Assembly: GCA_002753335.1 (NCBI GenBank)
Contig: PEAD01000004.1
Location: 1-64,000 of the forward strand
Source of the DNA: Nitrospirae bacterium MYbin3
GTDB taxonomy: Bacteria > Nitrospirota > Thermodesulfovibrionia > Thermodesulfovibrionales > Dissulfurispiraceae
Length of the DNA stretch: 64,000 nucleotides
Reading direction: 5' to 3'
Each line of letters starts with the position of its first letter. The first letter of the stretch is position 1. The notes below the pieces were generated by a model. It had not been told where the DNA came from. It searched no databases and saw nothing but the letters and a program-made list of their open reading frames with translations. Made by a program: the position numbers and the translations under genes. This document shows, one piece after another, positions 37,153 to 46,707 of the stretch.

Positions 37153-38502
37153 ATGCCTAAGGTTACCGTATATATCCCGACACATAACCACGAACACTAT
37201 GTGGAGCAGGCTATTGAGTCTGTATTGCGACAGAAGTTTAATGACTGGGAGCTTATTGTAATTGACGACGGCTCCAATGATAACACCAGACGGATACTGG
37301 CCAACTATGAGCATAACCCGAAGATACACATAATTTTTCAGGAGAATAAAGGTCTTACCGTGACCAATAATATAGCGCTGCGGGCATCCGCAGGCGATTA
37401 TGTTATGAGGCTCGACGGCGATGATTTTCTAGATGAAAACATTCTACTGGTTCTCTCCAATGTGCTGGATACGCATCCGGAAATAGGGCTGGTTTACCCG
37501 GATTGGTATGAGGTTAACGAGCATGGGGAAATGATGAATGTGATTAGAAGGAACAATGCGGGAGAGACCTCTCTTTTCGACATTCCTGCTCATGGAGCAT
37601 GCACTATGATAAGGAAATCATGTCTTCTGGATCTCGGCGGGTATAATGAGGATATAAAGTGCCAAGATGGTTACGACCTATGGATAAGATTTATCGAGAA
37701 GTACAAAGTTTACAACGTAAATTGTCCATTGTTTTATTACCGTAAACATTCTGCCAACCTGACCAATGACCATAAAAAGATTATTGATACCCGGGGGCGT
37801 ATAAAGCGGGAATATGTCAGGCAGAAATACGAACAGATGCCACTCAAAGTGCTTGGTATCATACCGGTCAGGGGATATTCCGACAGTTATCTTGATTCAT
37901 CGCTGCGCGAGTTGGCAGGCAAAAAGCTAATCGATTACACCATAGAAACCGCTCTGGGCACAAAGCTTCTTGATCGCGTTGTCCTGACCACAAATGACCC
38001 ACAGGTACTCTCCTACACCGACCGCTATGAAGCCCTGACTAAAATTCAGCGGCCTGATGAACTGTGTAAAATCAACTCGAACATTTTCGGCACGCTGAAT
38101 TTCGTACTAGACGAATTGCAGCGGGAAGGATACAATCCCGACGCCGTAGCCGTTCTTTATATTAACAGTCCTTTGAGAAAGAGCGGGCATATCGAAAAGG
38201 CTATTGACTCGATGATAATTTTCGATTCGGATTCGGTGATATCTGTGAGAGAGAGCCTGAGCAACTACTACCAACACCACCAAACCGGCATGGTGCCTTT
38301 ATTTAAAGAGCGCAAGCTGCGCTTGGAGCGGGATTCCCTTTATGCCGAGAACGGTGCGGTGTATCTTATCAAGACGGAGTGTGTACGGGCGCAGAACTAT
38401 GGGGAAAAAGTAGGGCACATTATCATGTTGAAGGAGGAGAGCATAAGGATTCATGACGATTTTGACTTTTGGATGGTAGAAAAAATAATCGAAAGGAGTT
38501 AG
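37153..38502 (+). CDS. GT2 glycosyltransferase fused to a NeuA-like cytidylyltransferase domain
   Basis: VTVYIPTHN, IDDGSND, RLDGDD, DGYDLW; C-term GIIPVRG, RPDEL, NSPLR, ENGAVY. Confidence 0.85.
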   Translation: MPKVTVYIPTHNHEHYVEQAIESVLRQKFNDWELIVIDDGSNDNTRRILANYEHNPKIHIIFQENKGLTVTNNIALRASAGDYVMRLDGDDFLDENILLVLSNVLDTHPEIGLVYPDWYEVNEHGEMMNVIRRNNAGETSLFDIPAHGACTMIRKSCLLDLGGYNEDIKCQDGYDLWIRFIEKYKVYNVNCPLFYYRKHSANLTNDHKKIIDTRGRIKREYVRQKYEQMPLKVLGIIPVRGYSDSYLDSSLRELAGKKLIDYTIETALGTKLLDRVVLTTNDPQVLSYTDRYEALTKIQRPDELCKINSNIFGTLNFVLDELQREGYNPDAVAVLYINSPLRKSGHIEKAIDSMIIFDSDSVISVRESLSNYYQHHQTGMVPLFKERKLRLERDSLYAENGAVYLIKTECVRAQNYGEKVGHIIMLKEESIRIHDDFDFWMVEKIIERS

Positions 38503-38505
38503 ATA

Positions 38506-39432
38506 ATGTTTTTAGTTAAAGGGAAAAAATATAATGCACAAGTGAGGTGTCACAGTTGTGATTCAGACAAGTCAAAATACATTGCCTGTATTGGTGGTCA
38601 TGATTATTTTATTTGTGTTGTTTGCGGACTAATTTTTTCTGATAATTTATCAGAGGAATCCTTTGATGCTATGTATAAACACAAGAACGAAACCGAGCAG
38701 GAGCTTATAGAACGGTTCCAGTCCAAATTAATCGTATCTTCCAAAAGGGCTAGATATCTATTTGGCCATGTCACAGCAAATTTGAATTTAAAGGTATTAG
38801 ATGTCGGATGTGGCGAAGGTTCTTTCTTATTCGCATTAAAAGAATATGGCATAGATGCGTATGGTGTTGAATCGAACATGATACAAGCTCGATATGGAAT
38901 TGCAAAGCACCAGCTTAATATTCTTAATAGCTATTATGACAAGGCAAGTTTTGAACGCTCAACATTTGATGTGATTACCTTTAATCGGGTCTTGGAACAT
39001 ATACCGGATGTTCACAAGACTTTAGAGACAGCAAGATATCATTTAAAAGACGGCGGGTTCCTTTTTATTGATGTGCCTACTTATTGGAATAAAAATAAAG
39101 TTTTCATGAAAAATCAATGGGGGGGTGGGCATTTAAGATTGTATGATATTAATTCACTGAAATATCTTTTAGTTGAACGGCATTCATTTGAACTAATCCA
39201 TGCGATTCCTTTTGTAGATTTTTATGGAAATTACAAACCGGGTTGTGCCTGTTTAGTGAAAAATAAGACGGTCAGAAAAGACTCTGATAGGTTAGTAAAA
39301 AAAATCAGCCCTTTCAAAGCATTCCGTATAAAGTTGTCGATATTTTTGGGAAATCCAGTACTCAGAGTTAAGAAGATATTAATAAAATTACTGCCCCAAC
39401 ATATTATAGAAAGACTGAAGAAACTACGCTGA
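38506..39432 (+). CDS. Class I methyltransferase with N-terminal Zn-ribbon
   Basis: CHSC...CVVCG, VLDVGCGEG, FDVITFNRVLEHI, LKDGG.LFIDVP. Confidence 0.85.
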   Translation: MFLVKGKKYNAQVRCHSCDSDKSKYIACIGGHDYFICVVCGLIFSDNLSEESFDAMYKHKNETEQELIERFQSKLIVSSKRARYLFGHVTANLNLKVLDVGCGEGSFLFALKEYGIDAYGVESNMIQARYGIAKHQLNILNSYYDKASFERSTFDVITFNRVLEHIPDVHKTLETARYHLKDGGFLFIDVPTYWNKNKVFMKNQWGGGHLRLYDINSLKYLLVERHSFELIHAIPFVDFYGNYKPGCACLVKNKTVRKDSDRLVKKISPFKAFRIKLSIFLGNPVLRVKKILIKLLPQHIIERLKKLR

Positions 39433-39466
39433 ATATTGCTATTGAAATGATAGGAGGCAACCCACT

Positions 39467-40429
39467 GTGAAAGTAAAAGTAATTAATTCTGTTTCGAGAT
39501 ACACTGAGAAGGATATTTTTAAGTATTTGATCTCAATATATGGCGATCGTTTTGAGAAGTATAGAACTGAATGGCAATTATCCAGTGAAGGGAAATACCT
39601 CCCTAATTTCCCCTTATGTTTGAATTATGAATTGATAGACAATTGCAATCTAAGATGTATCCATTGTGCCAGACAAGTCCAAAAGAGCAATCGAGGTCGT
39701 TTAGGCATTGAAATATTCAAGAAAACTATTGATGAAGGCGAAAGGTTTTTCTTGCCGTCGATCAAAATAGGTTTTGGAGAACCATTTCTAGAGAGACAAA
39801 TTTTCGATATGATAGACTACGCCAGCAATCACGGTGTTATGGATATAATAGTTACAACCAATGGTACACTTTTTGGCGAGGAGGAAATAGATAAATTATT
39901 AAACAGCAAGATAACATTTCTGAGAATTTCCATTGACGCTGCTTCAGAGGAAGGCTATGCTAAAGTCCGCGGTGGGGATTTGAGCGCTATAGAAGGAATG
40001 GTGAAAAGATTATTAACAAAAAGAGCGGAAAGAAAGCAGCAACTACCTCTTATAAGGCTAAGTTTTGTCGTAACGCAAGAAAATAAACATGAAACAGAGT
40101 TGTTTATAGATAAATGGGCAAATATAGTAGATTTTATAGATTTTCAAAATTATATCGAGCCACCAATGCCTATGCTAGAAAACCACACCGATATAGAACC
40201 TGTGTGTTCTAACTTTTTTTGTTCTTATCCTTGGCAAATGATGGCGATTATGGGAGACGGTGACATCAGAGCCTGTTGTAGCTGGTATGGTGAGAGATTG
40301 ATCTTGGGGAATTTGAAATCCGGAACAATAAAAGAAGCTTGGGAGTCTAAGAGCATGAATATTTTAAGAGGACAAATACGAGCTAATACGTACACTGGTT
40401 ATTGCGCAATTTGCGTGACATCTAGATAA
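39467..40429 (+). CDS. Radical SAM protein with twitch/SPASM domain (paralogue 3)
   Basis: CNLRCIHC, GEP, TTNG; CSYPWQ...DGDIRACC...CAIC; RBS AGGAGG. Confidence 0.88.
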   Translation: MKVKVINSVSRYTEKDIFKYLISIYGDRFEKYRTEWQLSSEGKYLPNFPLCLNYELIDNCNLRCIHCARQVQKSNRGRLGIEIFKKTIDEGERFFLPSIKIGFGEPFLERQIFDMIDYASNHGVMDIIVTTNGTLFGEEEIDKLLNSKITFLRISIDAASEEGYAKVRGGDLSAIEGMVKRLLTKRAERKQQLPLIRLSFVVTQENKHETELFIDKWANIVDFIDFQNYIEPPMPMLENHTDIEPVCSNFFCSYPWQMMAIMGDGDIRACCSWYGERLILGNLKSGTIKEAWESKSMNILRGQIRANTYTGYCAICVTSR

Positions 40430-40446
40430 GAAAAGGAGACACTATT

Positions 40447-41157
40447 ATGAAAAAGAAAGTATTATGCGTTATTCCGGCACGTGGCGGTTCCAAGGGGCTG
40501 CCAAGCAAGAATACTAGGTTGCTGAATGGCAAACCGCTTGTATCGTATGTTATAGCTACTGCGTTGCAATCATCGTTAATCGACAAGACGATCGTTTCTA
40601 CCGATAATGAGGAGATAGCTTCTGTTGCGGTTTCCTGTGGGGCAGAGGTGCCGTTCTTGCGTCCGGCGGAACTTGCACAGGACTCGTCCACGCTATTTCC
40701 CGTACTAATCCATGCTATGCAGTTTTTCGACGTTTCAGGTTGGCACGCTGACATAGTAATATCATTTCAACCCACATCGCCACTGACCCCACTAGCGGAT
40801 CTAGACAACGGTATTTCTAAGATTATTGAAACCGGCTGCGATTCAGTGGCGTCGGTATGCGAGATCGATAGGAATCATCCTTTTAGAGCGCTAAAGGTTG
40901 AAGGTGATAAAATCTATCCGCTAACGGAATACACTAATGAGAAACATGCTAATAGACAAGATAGACCTCTTTGCTACTCGCACAACGGAGCTTTTTATAT
41001 AAGAACTCGGGAAGTTCTCGAAAAATGGACAGGAACCGGTTTCGCTCTTGGCGAAGACCAGCGAGCGGTCATCATGGATAGGGTTGCGGCTGTAAATATT
41101 GACGGCCTCCTTGATTTCAAACTTGCCGAAATTATACTGAAAGAGAAGCTCTGTTGA
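40447..41157 (+). CDS. neuA: Acylneuraminate cytidylyltransferase family protein
   Basis: IPARGGSKGLPSKN, VSTD, PFLRP.ELAQD, QPTSP, RQD, NGAFY. Confidence 0.88.
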   Translation: MKKKVLCVIPARGGSKGLPSKNTRLLNGKPLVSYVIATALQSSLIDKTIVSTDNEEIASVAVSCGAEVPFLRPAELAQDSSTLFPVLIHAMQFFDVSGWHADIVISFQPTSPLTPLADLDNGISKIIETGCDSVASVCEIDRNHPFRALKVEGDKIYPLTEYTNEKHANRQDRPLCYSHNGAFYIRTREVLEKWTGTGFALGEDQRAVIMDRVAAVNIDGLLDFKLAEIILKEKLC

Positions 41158-42953
41158 AGGAAGAGTTTAGACGGGACCTCGCATTTATCGGGGGGTATTT
41201 AACCCGCTACCGCATTTTAACTGGCGGGGTGCTTGTTGCTATCTTTCTCAGTTCATTTCTCGATGGAATCAGCATGGGTATGCTTATTCCAATTCTGCAA
41301 CTAGTGCTGTCGCCGGAAAGCTCGTCTTCAGGGGCTCTCCCATTCCTGCACATACTGAACTTTCCTGCAGGGTTTGACATAAGAATGAAGGTTTTAATCC
41401 TGTTTTCTTTTTTTTGTCTCACAGTCGTTATTAAAAATATCTTTACCTATCTTATGAACGTGGGGATCATAACCGTGCAGAACTCTTTGACAAAAGATTT
41501 GCGCACCGAACTTTTTGACATGATTATTGAAGCCCAAATCTCGTTCCATGACACTCTCAAAAGCGGGGCCATTTTCAACTCCATTAATAACGAGACAGAA
41601 CGCATCGGCAGGTATCTGTTCTACCTGTTGCAGATGGTTGTTGCCGTTGTGTCACTGCTGTCCTATATGGCTGTTCTCCTGTATGTCTCATGGGAGTTCA
41701 CTCTTTTGTATTTTATGATTATAGGGGCTGTGGTGCTGCCTATGCGTTTTGTGATCAGGACGGTTCAGTCTTACGGTGACAAACAATCGCTTTACAATGC
41801 CGACTTTAATTTTCACCTTATGGAAATGCTTACCGGCGCTAGGGTGATCCATCTCTTCGGTCGAGTGGAGCATGCTAAAGCTCAATTTTCAAGGCTTGCC
41901 GAGCGTTATAGACAATCCCTTGTTTCGGTCGCCAAGTACATTTTCGCAGCCACACCCTTTTCTGAGATAGTTATGGTAATAGCAATATCGGCCATGTTTG
42001 TCGGCAGCTTTTATTTGCTGTCCGAACGTGTTACCGCATTGATCCCGCAGATTATAGCGTACACATTTATAGCATTTAGAGCATTACGCTATATAGGGAA
42101 TATTAGCTCTTTTAGAACAAGCATGTCCGGAGAAACTCCAGCGCTTCGTTATTACCAAAGGCTTATGGAGGATAGTGCAGAATCCCGACAGAAGAGCGGC
42201 AGCACACGCCTTTCGTCGTTTGACCGCATCGAATTCAAGAATGTTTCATTCACATACGGCGATGAAAAACAGGTCCTTCGCAACTTCAATCTTACAATAC
42301 GACGGGGAGAGGTTACCGCAATAGTCGGGGCATCAGGCTCAGGGAAATCAACCATAGTTGGTCTCATATCTAGGTTGTATGATCCTCAGGCGGGACAAGT
42401 TCTTGTTGACGGCATTGACCTGCGGGAGCTTGATGTGACCGTTTGGCGAAAAAAAATTGGTGTTGTAAGCCAAGATGTTTTTCTTTTCAATGACACCGTA
42501 TTTAATAATATAAGCTTTGGCATACCTGATGCTCCAAGAGAGAAAGTGATAACTGCGGCAGTGGTAGCCAATGCTCATGAATTTATAGAAACTCTTGAAC
42601 AGGGGTATGATACATTACTCGGAGAGCGGGGATTACGCCTTTCCGGAGGGCAGAAGCAGAGGATATCGATCGCCCGCGCAGTGCTTCCAGATCCTGAAAT
42701 CCTTATTTTTGATGAAGCCACCAGCGCTTTAGACACCCAATCAGAAAAAATTATTCAAGAGTCTATAGACAGGCTTTCGGTGAACAGAACGGTTATAATA
42801 ATAGCGCACAGACTTTCTACCGTGCGACATGCCGATAACATCGTTGTAATTGATGAGGGTGAAATTGTGGAACAGGGCCGGCACGAAGTTCTGATGGGAG
42901 ACTCTGTACTGTACAGGAAATATTACGAGCTCCAACAGGGCCACGTTATATGA
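41154..42953 (+). CDS. ABC transporter, fused TMD+NBD (PglK/Wzk/MsbA-like flippase)
   Basis: Multiple TM segments; GASGSGKST, LSGGQKQR, IFDEATSALD, IAHRLST. Confidence 0.88.
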   Translation: MKEEFRRDLAFIGGYLTRYRILTGGVLVAIFLSSFLDGISMGMLIPILQLVLSPESSSSGALPFLHILNFPAGFDIRMKVLILFSFFCLTVVIKNIFTYLMNVGIITVQNSLTKDLRTELFDMIIEAQISFHDTLKSGAIFNSINNETERIGRYLFYLLQMVVAVVSLLSYMAVLLYVSWEFTLLYFMIIGAVVLPMRFVIRTVQSYGDKQSLYNADFNFHLMEMLTGARVIHLFGRVEHAKAQFSRLAERYRQSLVSVAKYIFAATPFSEIVMVIAISAMFVGSFYLLSERVTALIPQIIAYTFIAFRALRYIGNISSFRTSMSGETPALRYYQRLMEDSAESRQKSGSTRLSSFDRIEFKNVSFTYGDEKQVLRNFNLTIRRGEVTAIVGASGSGKSTIVGLISRLYDPQAGQVLVDGIDLRELDVTVWRKKIGVVSQDVFLFNDTVFNNISFGIPDAPREKVITAAVVANAHEFIETLEQGYDTLLGERGLRLSGGQKQRISIARAVLPDPEILIFDEATSALDTQSEKIIQESIDRLSVNRTVIIIAHRLSTVRHADNIVVIDEGEIVEQGRHEVLMGDSVLYRKYYELQQGHVI

Positions 42954-42992
42954 TAATCCTCATTAGAGAGAGATTTTATATAGGAGAGGTTT

Positions 42993-43997
42993 ATGCCGGG
43001 TAAGCAGGCCGTAATAGAGGTAAACGCCAACTTCCACCATCTTGCAGGAGAAAACCTGTTTGAACGACGGGATAATCCCCGTTTTGCTGAATATCGTGGT
43101 AAGTGGGCCGAGTGGCCGCGCAGTTTTTTTGTAGGCGAGTTCCCATTGTTTATAGATGTTGAGGTGACTAGCGCCTGTAATCTAAAGTGTCCGTTTTGTG
43201 CCACAACTTTCAGGGGGCAAAAGGTCAAAAAAGGTTTCATAACATTCGACCTTGTTAAAAAAATCATTGACGAGGGCTCAGATAAAGGGCTCTATGGCGT
43301 AAAGTTTAATATCAGGGGTGAACCGCTTCTTCATTCCGAAATAAGCCGCTTTGTTAAATATGGAAAAGACAAAGGTTTGATTGATATTTATTTCAATACC
43401 AATGCGATGCTGCTTACCGAAGATGTTGCGAAAAGGCTTATAGATGCCGGGTTAGACCGGCTTTCTATCTCGTTTGAAGGATACACTAAAGAGGTCTATG
43501 AGAGGAATCGTATTGGAGCGGTGTATGAAACGGTACTCTCAAATATCGAAAATATGCAGTCCCTGAAGCAGAAACTCGGCGTAAAAAATCCGAAGGTGCG
43601 TATCCAGACGGTCATGCTTCCCGAAATAAAAAACCACTTTGAGGAGTATAAAGATTTCTGGCAGGCGCGGGCGGATGAGCTTGGTTTTCTAGACTACAAG
43701 GAAATGAAAGACAAAAAGAAGGGTCGGGCATATCCGTGGGCCTGTCCACAGATATGGCAGAGGATGGCTGTATGGTGGGACGGAACAATTTTGCCTTGCA
43801 ATCATGACGACGATGGCCTGCTTACGATAGGCAATCTGAATGAGATTTCGATAAAGGCAGCATGGGATTCAGAACTGTTGCGAAAAACCAGGTCTGCGCA
43901 CAAGGAGGGTCGGGCCCATGAGATTAATGCTTGCGACGGATGTTATCTACGGGATAGCGAGATAGTTAAGCTGACAGAAAGAGAGAAGATTAAATGA
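42993..43997 (+). CDS. Radical SAM protein with twitch/SPASM domain (paralogue 4)
   Basis: CNLKCPFC, RGEPLLH, FNTNA; CPQIWQR...DGTILPC...CDGC. Confidence 0.88.
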   Translation: MPGKQAVIEVNANFHHLAGENLFERRDNPRFAEYRGKWAEWPRSFFVGEFPLFIDVEVTSACNLKCPFCATTFRGQKVKKGFITFDLVKKIIDEGSDKGLYGVKFNIRGEPLLHSEISRFVKYGKDKGLIDIYFNTNAMLLTEDVAKRLIDAGLDRLSISFEGYTKEVYERNRIGAVYETVLSNIENMQSLKQKLGVKNPKVRIQTVMLPEIKNHFEEYKDFWQARADELGFLDYKEMKDKKKGRAYPWACPQIWQRMAVWWDGTILPCNHDDDGLLTIGNLNEISIKAAWDSELLRKTRSAHKEGRAHEINACDGCYLRDSEIVKLTEREKIK

Positions 43998-44728
43998 TAG
44001 TATCACTTATTATGGGGAGGAAAAACAGTAAGGGTTTTCCCGGTAAAAACCTGCACCCGGTTCTTGGCCGCCCGCTTTCCTATTACCCTATGCGAGCGGC
44101 GTTAAGCTGTCCGGAAATCAATGCGACCTATCTTTCTACGGATGATGAGCGTATTATGGATTTGGCTACAGCTAACGGTGTGGATGTAATCGCCCGTCCG
44201 CCCGAGTTATGCACAGATCAGGCCCTAGGTGAAGACGTATATGTTCATGCTTATACCGTCGCAAAAGAGCGTAATTGCGACAAGCAAATCGAAATGGTTG
44301 TCCTGCTTATGTGTAATGCTCCGACTATAACCGCTGCTACTATAACTGAAGGGATAAGGGTTTTACGCGAACATCCTGAATACGACTCCGCAGTTACGGT
44401 ATCGCGGTACAATATGTGGAGCCCGCTTAGGGCCAGAAGGGAAGGACCTGACGGGCTTCTTGGGCCTTTTATCCCTTTTGAGACCTTCGGCGATCCGAAG
44501 ACATTGAATTGCGACAGGGACTCGCAGGGAGACGTTTGGTTTGCCGATATGGGGGTTTCTATAGTACGTCCCCGATGTCTTGAGAACCTCTCATCAGGTC
44601 TGCTTCCGCAGAAGTGGATGGGACAGAAGATATATCCGCTGAAGCAGTGGGGCGGGCTCGATGTGGACTACGAGTGGCAATTGCCGCAGGTGGAGTTCTG
44701 GCTGAGACACAATGGATATAATGACTAA
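43994..44728 (+). CDS. Divergent NeuA/KdsB-superfamily cytidylyltransferase
   Basis: MGRKNSKGFPGKN, LSTDD, RPPEL, GLDVD. Confidence 0.8.
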   Translation: MIVSLIMGRKNSKGFPGKNLHPVLGRPLSYYPMRAALSCPEINATYLSTDDERIMDLATANGVDVIARPPELCTDQALGEDVYVHAYTVAKERNCDKQIEMVVLLMCNAPTITAATITEGIRVLREHPEYDSAVTVSRYNMWSPLRARREGPDGLLGPFIPFETFGDPKTLNCDRDSQGDVWFADMGVSIVRPRCLENLSSGLLPQKWMGQKIYPLKQWGGLDVDYEWQLPQVEFWLRHNGYND

Positions 44729-44743
44729 CGGAGCGAAGATTAA

Positions 44744-45805
44744 ATGAAATACAAAAAATGGGTAGAGTCTGTTGAGCGGGTAAGAGGCGACAGAGATTCA
44801 CGTTTTGACAAGTTGCGGCTCGATAAGAACGAACGGCTATCTAATTTCGATGGCTCCTTTTGGAAGGACGTTATCTCAAAGATAACCCAAGAGCATATAC
44901 TTGCCTACCCTGAAGTGGAGCCTCTGTATGAGCGTCTTGCGCGTTTTTTGGGAAGAACACAGGACAATATAGTTATAACCGCAGGGTCCGACTTTGCCAT
45001 TAAAATAGCTTTTGAACTATTTGTTAATCCCGGCGACAAGGTTGTTTATCTAGACCCAACCTTTGCAATGGTGGATGTATACTGTGGCCTTTATCGCGCT
45101 GAACGGGCCAAAATAGGGTATAACACAAATCTTGAAGCGGATATCTCTGGCCTTAGCACCGCAATAGACGAATCCGTTTCTCTAATTGTTATCGCCAATC
45201 CGAATAGCCCAACCGGAACTTATATACCTAATGATACTTTGTCTAGTATTGTTCTAAAAGCCGGATCTTATGGTATTCCTGTCTTAGTGGATGAGGCATA
45301 CTACGGTTTCTGCCCATATACGGCATTAGACATACTCGATGAACATCCCAATCTGATGGTTACCCGCACATTTTCGAAAACAGCCGGACTGGCAGGTCTT
45401 CGTATCGGATATATTGTTGCGCAGCCAAACCTAGCCGCGCTTTTGTACAAGTTCAGGCCCATGTATGAGGTCAACTCGATAGCTGTTCTGTTTATGGCCG
45501 AACTAATGGATCATTGGCATATTGTCGAAGAATATATCCGTGCCACAGCCGAGGGGAAACAGTATCTGCTATCAGGCCTCGAGGCGCTTTCTATAAAGAC
45601 GATAGACACTCTTACGAATTTCATTCATGCGGACTTCGGGACCCGACGAACCGGAGTTCTGGATGCCTTTCGGAAAGATGGCATTCTTGTTCGCGGGAGC
45701 CTTCCGGTGAAAGGTTTTGAAGGGTACTCGCGTATTTCGGTGGGGACGGTTGCTGAGATGGAAATCCTATTAGCAAGCATTCGCAGAAACTACGGCGTAC
45801 GATGA
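44744..45805 (+). CDS. PLP-dependent class I/II aminotransferase (HisC/CobD-like)
   Basis: LRLDKNE, GSD, NPNSPTG, DEAY, RTFSKTAGLAGLRIG. Confidence 0.85.
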   Translation: MKYKKWVESVERVRGDRDSRFDKLRLDKNERLSNFDGSFWKDVISKITQEHILAYPEVEPLYERLARFLGRTQDNIVITAGSDFAIKIAFELFVNPGDKVVYLDPTFAMVDVYCGLYRAERAKIGYNTNLEADISGLSTAIDESVSLIVIANPNSPTGTYIPNDTLSSIVLKAGSYGIPVLVDEAYYGFCPYTALDILDEHPNLMVTRTFSKTAGLAGLRIGYIVAQPNLAALLYKFRPMYEVNSIAVLFMAELMDHWHIVEEYIRATAEGKQYLLSGLEALSIKTIDTLTNFIHADFGTRRTGVLDAFRKDGILVRGSLPVKGFEGYSRISVGTVAEMEILLASIRRNYGVR

Positions 45806-46680
45806 ATGGAGGCGGAATATACATGCAGCCACAGCGCTCTAATGCCGGCCGATATGCCCGTAAGGTTGCCAAGAAGATAAGCTCCATCTCTATCAGTATG
45901 GCGATAAAGCAGCAGGGGCTTTCGGACACGGTCGCTCGACTCAGAGAAATAGTACCGGACATATCTCATCAGGAATCGTCAGAACAGGCGTCGTTTAATG
46001 ATTATTTAGAATTGAAGCGACGATCGTTGCAGTCGTTTCAGTGCACTCTCATGCTAAAAGCTATAAAAGATATTAACAAGCATTCTCTTATGGTTGTTGA
46101 TATCGGAGACTCTGCCGGAACGCATATGCTCTACTTAAAGGCATTGACCACAGGCATTTTTGATGTTGATACGGTCAGTGTTAACCTCGACCCACGAGCT
46201 ATAGAAAAAATCCGTGCGCGGGGAATGACCGCGATGTTGTGCAGGGCGGAAGACTTCTCTATGGACAACAGGGGGGTTGACCTCTTTACCTCTTTCCAGA
46301 TGGTTGAGCACCTGCACAATCCGGCCCTTTTTTTCAGGAGGCTCGCTATAAAGTCGTCCGGTAACCGCATGGTGGTTACCGTGCCGTATCTGAAGAAGAG
46401 CCGTGTCGGATTGCATCATGTCAGGCTATGTACACAAGGGAAAGTATACGCCGAAGATGAACATATTTTCGAGCTATGTCCTGAAGACTGGTCGCTTCTG
46501 ATGCTGCACGCAGGATGGAGGGTTGTGTACGACGACATCTATTTCCAGTATCCGCGTTTACCGTTTTTTAACCCTTTCTTGTCTTGGTATTGGCGCAAGA
46601 CCGATTATGAGGGCTTCTGGGGGTGTATTATCGAGAAAGATACCTCTTTGTCGGATCGTTATCAGGATTGGGAGGATTAG
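45802..46680 (+). CDS. Class I methyltransferase-like protein
   Basis: VVDIGDSAG (atypical motif I), DLFTSFQMVEHLHNP, VTVP. Confidence 0.7.
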   Translation: MNGGGIYMQPQRSNAGRYARKVAKKISSISISMAIKQQGLSDTVARLREIVPDISHQESSEQASFNDYLELKRRSLQSFQCTLMLKAIKDINKHSLMVVDIGDSAGTHMLYLKALTTGIFDVDTVSVNLDPRAIEKIRARGMTAMLCRAEDFSMDNRGVDLFTSFQMVEHLHNPALFFRRLAIKSSGNRMVVTVPYLKKSRVGLHHVRLCTQGKVYAEDEHIFELCPEDWSLLMLHAGWRVVYDDIYFQYPRLPFFNPFLSWYWRKTDYEGFWGCIIEKDTSLSDRYQDWED

Positions 46681-46707
46681 AACTTATTATGTTATCGGAG
46701 GTCTTAC

